A stretch of DNA of 64,000 nucleotides from positions 25,451-89,450 of the IMG/VR virus record IMGVR_UViG_3300033072_000306, one strand, 5' to 3'. A model generated the notes under the pieces. The model made no database searches, had not been told where the DNA came from, and saw nothing but the letters and a program-made list of their open reading frames with translations. This DNA comes from a virus. Lineage: Duplodnaviria; Caudoviricetes. Of this stretch, positions 18,382 through 25,599 are shown piece by piece; the first letter of the stretch is position 1; every line of letters starts with the position of its first letter. The translations under genes and the position numbers were made by a program.

Positions 18382-18688
18382 CTTGTTCCTTAATAACCTC
18401 TAACATATCAACAGTAGAAGTGAGGGTATTAATAACACCATCAAAATCACCACTATCAACAACACTTACCAACTCTTTAAACTTCTTAGTAGATAATCCA
18501 AAAGTTTCCTTAGCAACAATCTTCAAGTCTTCATTGAGATTCTTAGCACGACTCTTCTGTTGTTCCAACTCAATTGAGAATCGCTTTAACTCCTTAACTA
18601 AAGCCTCACGTTTCTCTTTAGAAATCATAATCTCATCTAATGCAATACGATCTGATTCTGCTACTGGTTTACGTCCAGCGTTACTCAT
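18374..18688 (-). CDS. double-stranded DNA-binding protein, T4 DsbA/GapR-like
   Basis: short coiled-coil then K..AKE.FGL..K.F..LV pattern recalled from T4 DsbA. Confidence 0.5.
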   Translation of the reverse strand: MSNAGRKPVAESDRIALDEIMISKEKREALVKELKRFSIELEQQKSRAKNLNEDLKIVAKETFGLSTKKFKELVSVVDSGDFDGVINTLTSTVDMLEVIKEQGG

Positions 18689-18972
18689 AATTTATTCTCC
18701 AATTCTTTCATTTCAAGTTCTTTCCAAAGTTTATCTAAGTCCAACACTGGAGCATCTTTCTTAGCATCCTTTAACATCATTTCAAGGTTCTCAATAAGCT
18801 CCTCTTTAGTTTCACCAGAGGGTTCTATAAATCTTTCTGTTGTTAACCACAAGTCACCTTTATCGTTGTAGTAGGCTTCTGTCAACCCATACTCAATTTC
18901 CTCAACACCGTTGAATACATGTCGTTTAAATCCAATGCGATAATTCCAATGTGACATTAAACATACTCCCAA
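18685..18972 (-). CDS. conserved phage hypothetical protein
   Basis: HWNYRI...E.YY...G...T...GET.EEL..LEMM..D pattern; start probably at MSHW. Confidence 0.65.
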   Translation of the reverse strand: MGVCLMSHWNYRIGFKRHVFNGVEEIEYGLTEAYYNDKGDLWLTTERFIEPSGETKEELIENLEMMLKDAKKDAPVLDLDKLWKELEMKELENKL

Positions 18973-19256
18973 GACTTAACTACAACTGTTTTCTCAACTG
19001 GTCTCACCTCTGACAATTCAACACCTTTATCATCTTCGATGTGAGGGTAGTAGTAATCAGAGTAATAACTTCCAGAACGAGAGATTTCATACTTATAGTA
19101 TTTACCAGACTCATTGTTCATCACCACACAGGCTTGATATTCATATTTACCAGATGAAACCCAATCTCCTTCCTCAATCATTGTCCAAAGATAATCTTCA
19201 GAGAACTTTTCAGGTGATTCTTCAACCTCTTCAAAATCTTCTAAATTTAAAAACAT
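18957..19256 (-). CDS. hypothetical acidic protein
   Basis: 99-aa ORF with GGAG RBS. Confidence 0.7.
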   Translation of the reverse strand: MFLNLEDFEEVEESPEKFSEDYLWTMIEEGDWVSSGKYEYQACVVMNNESGKYYKYEISRSGSYYSDYYYPHIEDDKGVELSEVRPVEKTVVVKSWEYV

Positions 19257-19272
19257 AATACATCTTCTCCAA

Positions 19273-19599
19273 TTATTTACGTTTAGTTTGTTTGTTACGT
19301 TCTCGATAATACCTTTCTACTTTAGGACGTATCTTATCATACATCTTACCAAAACATTGTGGATACTGTCTATCCATAACATCAATTAAAGACCTATAAA
19401 TCGCCATAAGCTCCTCTTCAGAAGCATCGTCATGCTCACCTAACCACAACCCCTTACGGAACGCTGAACGCACTTGAGAGGCTAATGGAGTGAATGTAAA
19501 TCTACGATGGTCTAAGTCTTTTTCTTCTGGTTTAGGTGTGCCATGACTTTGATCCCATTTCGTAAAGGGTAAGATATTACCATACTCATCTGTTGCCAT
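19273..19599 (-). CDS. hypothetical protein with basic C-terminus
   Basis: start MATDE at 19599 follows AAGGAG; track start 19635 lies inside the inverted-repeat array. Confidence 0.7.
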   Translation of the reverse strand: MATDEYGNILPFTKWDQSHGTPKPEEKDLDHRRFTFTPLASQVRSAFRKGLWLGEHDDASEEELMAIYRSLIDVMDRQYPQCFGKMYDKIRPKVERYYRERNKQTKRK

Positions 19600-19617
19600 A
19601 TTTTCTCTCCTTAAATT

Positions 19618-19736
19618 TAAAATTAACAATGACAACGTGCGAATAGTTGCATTCAGTGGCTCTGCTTCTCTTGTACTTCGATACTACCTGTGTCGCCCAC
19701 AGACGTATTATGAATAATACAACATTGTTAATTTTA
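19618..19736. repeat. perfect 14-bp inverted repeat enclosing 91 nt with internal hairpins
   Basis: TAAAATTAACAATG (19618-19631) / CATTGTTAATTTTA (19723-19736). Confidence 0.9.
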
Positions 19737-19860
19737 GATAGTGTTCACCCTGTAACGACATTGCAAATAGTTACACAAACAGTCTATGCATATACTCACT
19801 GGATATACTTTCAACAACTGAATGAACCAAATTGAAGTAATGAACACTATCTAAAATTAA
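19728..19860. repeat. perfect 20-bp inverted repeat enclosing 93 nt with three hairpins
   Basis: TTAATTTTAGATAGTGTTCA (19728-19747) / TGAACACTATCTAAAATTAA (19841-19860). Confidence 0.92.
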
Positions 19861-20041
19861 TATCGCCTTTTACCGACACAGATAAGGCTGATCTGCTTTT
19901 TATTATGTCTGAATGATTATTTTCAACCTTAGCAGAGGTTGCCCATGAAGAATGTACTCTACTTTTATATATGACTAAGGAGGTAGCAGTGATACACACT
20001 ACAAAGTCTTCGAGTATTTAACATGTAATTGGCGTTACACA

Positions 20042-20081
20042 TTAAACCAAGCCTAAGCTCTTTAAACTAAACCTAAGCTCT
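20042..20081. repeat. 20-bp tandem direct repeat x2 (18/20 identical)
   Basis: TTAAACCAAGCCTAAGCTCT / TTAAACTAAACCTAAGCTCT. Confidence 0.85.
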
Positions 20082-20114
20082 GTACAAACGCCATCATTCT
20101 AATGGCATACTTAA

Positions 20115-20204
20115 AATTAACTTTAGTAGAATGTTTGTGAGTTGGACTTGGTATCCTTAGCGAAATCTATTCACACAGCGACAAACATTCTACTAAAGTT
20201 AATT
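20115..20204. repeat. perfect 24-bp inverted repeat enclosing 42 nt
   Basis: AATTAACTTTAGTAGAATGTTTGT (20115-20138) / ACAAACATTCTACTAAAGTTAATT (20181-20204). Confidence 0.93.
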
Positions 20205-20280
20205 GGTGAGCCGTGAGGAACTTGAATCCCCATACCTCGAAGTAGAATTTCGATGCATTATCCAATTATGCTAACGACCC
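20204..20280 (-). tRNA. trnR: tRNA-Arg, anticodon UCU, encoded CCA
   Basis: GGGTCGT/ACGGCTC acceptor, GCAT/ATGC D stem, TCGAA-ATTCTAC-TTCGA anticodon arm, GGGGA-TTCAAGT-TCCTC T arm, ACCA end; 77 nt. Confidence 0.93.
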
Positions 20281-20365
20281 ATTTAACAATGAGAGCACCC
20301 TAGAACACTCTCACGAATTTTTATTTAACTAAATGCATACTTGTATGTCACTGTCTATTTATAGA

Positions 20366-20989
20366 CTACCACTGATCATCTTCATTCTCTTGAGAATCTT
20401 CTGCAACTACAGCAGTCTCTTGAGCTTTAGCATTAGGATTTTCAGCTAATGATTTAACTTTACCTAAAGCACTAAACTTCTCAGTTACATCCCCACCTTT
20501 AGAGACATATTCATCAAGCTCTTCAACTTTGATAGCAACAAGATTAGCAAACTTACCGTACTTGTTTTCGTTGATCTCATATTGAGCAACACCTTTACTA
20601 CCATTACCAACAAGCTTAGTGAAAGTAATATCTTCAAGCTCACCATCAACTTCTTGCAATACTCGTGGGCGGTATTTATCAGCGATTGGAACACGAACAC
20701 CATCTTTCTCGTAAGATTCATTTTTCTTCAATTTAATGAAGAACTGCTCATCTGTACCGATTGCATTTGTTTCACCGAACTTCTCAACGAAATCATCGTA
20801 ATCCATTTCTTTAGGTTTGTTCTTAGGAAATTCCTTACCCCAAGCTTTAGCTGTTGCTTTATCGACATGAAGATCAACAACATACTCATTACCATCTTCA
20901 GGGTTAAACTTTGGTGACGGGTTTTGAATCTTTGTGTAATAAAAACCAACACCTTCGATTACTTGAGCTTCTGTATTTAACTTTGACAT
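20366..20989 (-). CDS. ssb: single-stranded DNA-binding protein (T7 gp2.5-like)
   Basis: Y.KIQNP..KF, VGNGSKG, L.AIKV.EL.EY, acidic tail ending in an aromatic residue (EDDQW). Confidence 0.8.
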   Translation of the reverse strand: MSKLNTEAQVIEGVGFYYTKIQNPSPKFNPEDGNEYVVDLHVDKATAKAWGKEFPKNKPKEMDYDDFVEKFGETNAIGTDEQFFIKLKKNESYEKDGVRVPIADKYRPRVLQEVDGELEDITFTKLVGNGSKGVAQYEINENKYGKFANLVAIKVEELDEYVSKGGDVTEKFSALGKVKSLAENPNAKAQETAVVAEDSQENEDDQW

Positions 20990-21142
20990 ATTTAAATTGT
21001 TTCCTTATTTAGTTTGTATAATGAATGTCATTAACATTCTTGCATTTGCTACAATAGTTGGAAGTAACTTACATCTCCAAATATTAATGTGTATCTAAAC
21101 ATTAATTAAAAATTAAATTTAATTGCTGTCTTGATGTTGTGT

Positions 21143-21171
21143 ATTCTATTAAAACCTAAAGGTCTAAGCAA
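21143..21171 (-). promoter_or_regulatory. sigma70-type promoter for ssb/tRNA operon, inside a terminator-like hairpin
   Basis: TTGCTT(21171-21166)-N17-TAGAAT(21148-21143). Confidence 0.7.
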
Positions 21172-21240
21172 TAGGTTTTTTAAGAATGTTTGTATCTCGT
21201 TTGTAACTGTTAAGTTACACCTTTGTAAACGCTATTTATA

Positions 21241-21453
21241 TTAGCTCTTACTCTCAGAATCAGTTTCAAAATACTCTATAGGGTTATCTTGAATATCCTT
21301 CTTCAAAGTGCTAATAAACTCCGATAAAGCATAGTCACAAAGTTTTGATGCATATTCACCAAGAATAGCACTAAACTCCTCATGCTTCTCCTCTGCAACG
21401 TATGACAACAAACGCTTAATATCTGAAATTAATACTTCACTTTCTTTTGACAT
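21241..21453 (-). CDS. hypothetical protein
   Basis: 70-aa ORF with GGAG RBS. Confidence 0.65.
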   Translation of the reverse strand: MSKESEVLISDIKRLLSYVAEEKHEEFSAILGEYASKLCDYALSEFISTLKKDIQDNPIEYFETDSESKS

Positions 21454-21454
21454 T

Positions 21455-22192
21455 CTAACTCTCCTGATTACTCTTTAGCTCTTCAATCATAAGCTCAATA
21501 GCTTTCTTCATAGTTTCTTGATTACCCCAATAGACAGCATCAATGAACATATACTTGTTACCAACCCAATGAGATTTAACTTTCTCAACTAAAGATTGAA
21601 ACTCTAAAGAATCTGACAACTGATCTACAAAAGATGGTAAATCATTATCAATAGAGTAGTTAATATACCATAAAGCTTTCTTCAACTCTTGCAAATCTTC
21701 ATCTTTCTTTCCACAACGCCAAACATACTTAACAGCATTACTAATACAAGCTGGTAGTAAAGATGTAACCTCAATAGCTTCAACACTACAATCATCGGAT
21801 GTATAGTGCTTAGGGTGATTAACAGTGTCCGCTACAATGTGTACAGCATCATCTAGATTATTCACATTTCGTTTCCACACAAGTTTCCCATACTCCTTAA
21901 CATATTTTTTAATTTCTTGATATGTTGGAAAATCGCTATTTACATTATCACTCCAATAAGCGTATGACCATGTATCTTCTAAATCCTTTGTATAGAAAAT
22001 CAAATCCTTTGTTCCCTCTGGATCACTTCCATCAAAGTAGTAACACTCGTCAGCTTCCTCTGGAATTTTAATCCAATCAATTCCTCGTGGTTGTCCGCCA
22101 TCTAAACACTTAAAAGTTTTCTTGTTAATGTATAAATCGTTATTCAAAGTCGTACTCCCATCCATTCTGATTATGAACACTATATTCACCAA
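21455..22192 (-). CDS. DUF3310-domain protein
   Basis: DTVNHPKHY...EAIE...NAVKYVWRCGKK...ELKKALWYI. Confidence 0.75.
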   Translation of the reverse strand: MVNIVFIIRMDGSTTLNNDLYINKKTFKCLDGGQPRGIDWIKIPEEADECYYFDGSDPEGTKDLIFYTKDLEDTWSYAYWSDNVNSDFPTYQEIKKYVKEYGKLVWKRNVNNLDDAVHIVADTVNHPKHYTSDDCSVEAIEVTSLLPACISNAVKYVWRCGKKDEDLQELKKALWYINYSIDNDLPSFVDQLSDSLEFQSLVEKVKSHWVGNKYMFIDAVYWGNQETMKKAIELMIEELKSNQES

Positions 22193-22301
22193 GTTTTACA
22201 GATAATCTATGCAACTCACAAACCTCTTGATAACTCAAAGGCTCTTCTGAATCCAATAAATCACGAATACGACATTCAACATCTTCTACAGTTTTACTCA
22301 T
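22140..22301 (-). CDS. hypothetical protein
   Basis: start MSKTV follows AGGAG. Confidence 0.6.
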   Translation of the reverse strand: MSKTVEDVECRIRDLLDSEEPLSYQEVCELHRLSVKLGEYSVHNQNGWEYDFE

Positions 22302-22317
22302 TAGTAATCTCCTAAAA

Positions 22318-22566
22318 TTAATACTCACCAATTTGTTGCTTAAACAACCTTAGTGCTTGTTGGTATGATAACTCACCCTTATCACTTAAACAATACCCTT
22401 TGACAATATTTAGTGAAGTTTCTTTATCACCAACCTCACAACTCCATATTAAAGAGTATTTCTTAGATAACTTCTTAGCAAGAGTTAATGATAATCCCTC
22501 ATCAACAATGAAAGCTTCCTTGCTCTCAGAGTTGATTACGAATATGTTGTATAGTATCTTAGTTAT
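22318..22566 (-). CDS. 82-codon ORF with non-canonical ATA start (or start-lost gene)
   Basis: AAGGAG 7 nt before ATA, which overlaps the upstream TAA; open frame fills the whole gap; in-frame TAA just upstream. Confidence 0.5.
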   Translation of the reverse strand: MTKILYNIFVINSESKEAFIVDEGLSLTLAKKLSKKYSLIWSCEVGDKETSLNIVKGYCLSDKGELSYQQALRLFKQQIGEY

Positions 22567-23567
22567 AAATTGTCTCCTTTAGTGGCATAGTTAAACAATT
22601 GCACAAACTCCTCTTTGTCGATATAAGAAAAACATTCAGTATATCCTTGAAAGTCGTTCTTTGGAGAATATTTGAAATCTAAGAATAAGTTGTGCATAAG
22701 TCTTTCCATATTATAAATAACCTTTGCAGATTTATGAAAACAATACTCCAGTAATTCAACTTTGTATCCAGATGTCCTTGAAATCTCACGCACCCTATCT
22801 GCTATGTCTTTAGATATTCCTATTTTATAAAACATTTCATCTCTGCTAGATAGTTTCAATAAGTATAAATTACTACCATTTGGGCATACCTTTTCATAAT
22901 CACTCGCACTATATCCACCACTGATTTTGCCACATTCAGGACAACCATTTCCAGCTAAATGATAATAAGGAATCTGCTCGAAATTTCCATGTTCCTTGCA
23001 ACCAATTTTAATAGGATTCCTACATCCAGTATATTCTACATTAGAGTAATTATACGTGTTACCATGTTTTAGTGTCGCCTTAGAAATGAAATCTTCCAGA
23101 CAATCTCTACCTCTAAGATTCCTATTCTCGTCTGAACACCTCTCACAATGATGCCCTCTGCTCAGAATCCAGTTGGGTTTAGTTTTGTATTTGCCATGTT
23201 TTACGCATTCTACTTCTGTATAATCCAACGACTTAGTATACTTAAAATCACAGAAAGAAAACAGGTTAGACTGTTCTCCATGCTTTTCTTCAAACACTCT
23301 TTTAAAGTATTCTGTCTTATCACCACAAACACTTTTGAAACCAACTTTACATCCTTTAGCGAGATTTGTTCGTGTAATCTTATGTGTAAATCCGAATGAA
23401 TCCTCGACAAATATGTAAGGATTCTTCTCTAAGATATATCTGTACCCCATAGAAGCACAGATACCCTTATAATCATATTTAATCTTATTAGCCAATTTAT
23501 CTCCTTTATTAGTGAATTTCGCTATATTTTGTTCCGAACTGTGTATCACAACCAAATTGAATATCAA
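22563..23567 (-). CDS. free-standing GIY-YIG (T5orf172-like) homing endonuclease with Cys/His zinc-finger repeats (DUF723-like)
   Basis: C..HG...P..L.G..C..C twice; LYLLK...FYKIGIS...R...E..H...GYTECF; true start probably near LANKIK. Confidence 0.8.
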   Translation of the reverse strand: MIFNLVVIHSSEQNIAKFTNKGDKLANKIKYDYKGICASMGYRYILEKNPYIFVEDSFGFTHKITRTNLAKGCKVGFKSVCGDKTEYFKRVFEEKHGEQSNLFSFCDFKYTKSLDYTEVECVKHGKYKTKPNWILSRGHHCERCSDENRNLRGRDCLEDFISKATLKHGNTYNYSNVEYTGCRNPIKIGCKEHGNFEQIPYYHLAGNGCPECGKISGGYSASDYEKVCPNGSNLYLLKLSSRDEMFYKIGISKDIADRVREISRTSGYKVELLEYCFHKSAKVIYNMERLMHNLFLDFKYSPKNDFQGYTECFSYIDKEEFVQLFNYATKGDNL

Positions 23568-25530
23568 CTTTCAATGTTTTATTTACCATATCTAATGCCT
23601 CCTGAAAAATATCTTTCACATATTCATCTGTAAGTGATTGATATTCTTGAAGATTTTCGTCATGCATTGACATGCACAATTTAAGTTCATCCTTAATTCC
23701 ATCTCTAACCTTAATGTTGTCGATACATTTCAGCCATAAATCCAGCAAGTATGAGCCAGAACCCTGCACAAGCGTTGAGTAGGCATCATGCTCTTTCTTT
23801 AAGTAGTACCACATTTTACTATATGGATTCCATTGGTACATGCCATGTGAAACAGTCTTACGAATCTGATCGTCAGCAATAGCCTTGATACTCCAGTTAA
23901 GTTTTTTATAAGCCTTAAAAATTACCCTCGCTTCCTTTTCAGAAATCTTAGCAGTACGGGCTAGAGTTGGAACACCACAATTATATTGTAGAGCATATCC
24001 ACAGTTTTTACCTATGCCACGCTTTTTGCTGATTACTTTAATCAAGGCATTCTTTTCTTCATCAGACATATTAAGCATCTTACTTAGTCCATCAGTAAGA
24101 GGGTAGTCTTCTTTAGGAAACCCTTTGCTTTCAATCTTAAAGAAATTCAATTCGTCTTGTGTAATCAAGCCACCGACTTTAGCCAAAGCAAGGTGTGGGT
24201 CATAGTCTTTACTTTGTTGTGAGTACACATAATCTGGATCATACGGCATCTGATAATTGAAGCTCCACAAGTTCTCCATAGAGCTTAAATCACTACAAAC
24301 GAATCGCTTACCTTCACGAGCAATAATACATCCACGAACATCCTCACCATAGGCTACACGAGATGATGGCAGGTTCACACAAGGTTTACGATGCTTTAGG
24401 CGTAGTGTATTTGTAAACCCTTTAGCACCAGCTTCAATGTATTCACCAAAAATTAGGCTGTCTAAGAAACCTTGAATACTTCCTTTACGATGCTTAACTA
24501 CACCTAATCCAACAAGAGCTTGAACCTCCTCTGTCTCATCAGCCAGTTTTTCAATACTTGGACACAACATTCCACCACTTTGAGGAATATAGATTTGAGG
24601 AATCTTTCTCTCACTTCCATCCTCGTTTTTGTCATACTTGAATGTTTCAGGAATCCACCCTAAAGAGAATAGCCAATCTTTAATCTGTTGTGGTGATTGA
24701 GGATTTGGTTCATCATAAGACTTGACAGTTTTAATCTCACCATCGAAATCAAAATCCACTTTAGCCTTTTCAGTAAGCTCTTTCCACTTGATTCCTGTTG
24801 CAGATAAACTTCCATCTTTCTTAAATGGTTTTGCTGGTTTAGTGCTTTTACTGTAAACAGGAACTTTCGGCATGACACTTTTAAGAAGCTCTGTTTTCTC
24901 ATCAATAAGAATACTAAACTCTTCAATAAGCTCTTTTGCTCTTGGAACATCAATACGTAATCGAGTGTTTTGTTGTTCAGCAAGTTGCTCCATCTTAAAG
25001 TTTAAATATTTAACAACTCGATGTGTGCAAAATTCATAGTCCGACATTTCACCATAAAGCTCTTCAAATCTTGCCTTGAGTTTTTTATATGTGTACTCTT
25101 GGATTTTTACATCTTCTTGAACACGGTTATCGTAATCATCTTGTGTTAAATTTTCCCAATCATTAATAACAGGTTTAGGTACACCAGCTTCAATACCATA
25201 GTCTTCAAGACCATGCTTTGCACGATTTAAGTCTAAGTACCAAGATAATGCTAATGTATCTACAAAATGAATCTTACTTACATCATATCCAAAATGAATC
25301 AAGGCATTCTTGTCGTAGCAAATACCATTGTGCATAATCAATATGATTTCACGATTTAGAAATTTACCAAGCGTCTCTTTTTCTTTTTCAGTGTTAGCGT
25401 GTAGAGTCCACATTTCTCCTGTTTCAACAGATTTAGCACAAAAGTTGTGTAGCTTTGCTTTGTCTCCCTGCTCAATTAGGTGGTGAAGCAAACCACTCGA
25501 TTCTAAGTCAGCATTGTATATTTTACACAA
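23509..25530 (-). CDS. polA: DNA polymerase, family A, with 3'-5' exonuclease
   Basis: DLES (ExoI), HNG..YD (ExoII), HGL..YG, EDV (ExoIII), motif A SDLSSME, motif B RGIGKNCGY..QY, motif C MHDE. Confidence 0.95.
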   Translation of the reverse strand: MCKIYNADLESSGLLHHLIEQGDKAKLHNFCAKSVETGEMWTLHANTEKEKETLGKFLNREIILIMHNGICYDKNALIHFGYDVSKIHFVDTLALSWYLDLNRAKHGLEDYGIEAGVPKPVINDWENLTQDDYDNRVQEDVKIQEYTYKKLKARFEELYGEMSDYEFCTHRVVKYLNFKMEQLAEQQNTRLRIDVPRAKELIEEFSILIDEKTELLKSVMPKVPVYSKSTKPAKPFKKDGSLSATGIKWKELTEKAKVDFDFDGEIKTVKSYDEPNPQSPQQIKDWLFSLGWIPETFKYDKNEDGSERKIPQIYIPQSGGMLCPSIEKLADETEEVQALVGLGVVKHRKGSIQGFLDSLIFGEYIEAGAKGFTNTLRLKHRKPCVNLPSSRVAYGEDVRGCIIAREGKRFVCSDLSSMENLWSFNYQMPYDPDYVYSQQSKDYDPHLALAKVGGLITQDELNFFKIESKGFPKEDYPLTDGLSKMLNMSDEEKNALIKVISKKRGIGKNCGYALQYNCGVPTLARTAKISEKEARVIFKAYKKLNWSIKAIADDQIRKTVSHGMYQWNPYSKMWYYLKKEHDAYSTLVQGSGSYLLDLWLKCIDNIKVRDGIKDELKLCMSMHDENLQEYQSLTDEYVKDIFQEALDMVNKTLKVDIQFGCDTQFGTKYSEIH

Positions 25531-25599
25531 ACCCTATATCTCCATAAAAATTTAAAACATTATACAAAAGATAAAGGGTCTACACAAGACCCTCACCAA

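Larger units (their letters stand above)
19618..20204 (-). ncRNA. candidate large structured ncRNA or ncRNA array 3' of tRNA-Arg
   Basis: no credible ORF, three long inverted repeats and about a dozen short hairpins, co-oriented with the tRNA transcript. Confidence 0.55.

Noticed and set aside
19647-19835. 62-aa plus-strand ORF
   Set aside because: Opposite to all neighbours, TTG start without an RBS, and lies across the inverted repeats.
19618-20204. CRISPR array or retron msr-msd
   Set aside because: The repeats are inverted with different sequences, not constant direct repeats with uniform spacers. No cas or reverse transcriptase gene is in the window.
19618-20204. tmRNA, RNase P RNA or extra tRNAs
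   Set aside because: No tmRNA acceptor/T-arm ends, no GAGGAAAGUCC-type RNase P core, and no second TTCRA T-loop with acceptor stem and CCA found by eye.
22563-23567. Endonuclease as an intron or intein within polA
   Set aside because: PolA is complete (motifs A, B, C and a typical YSEIH end) and no downstream polymerase exon is present; the endonuclease is free-standing.
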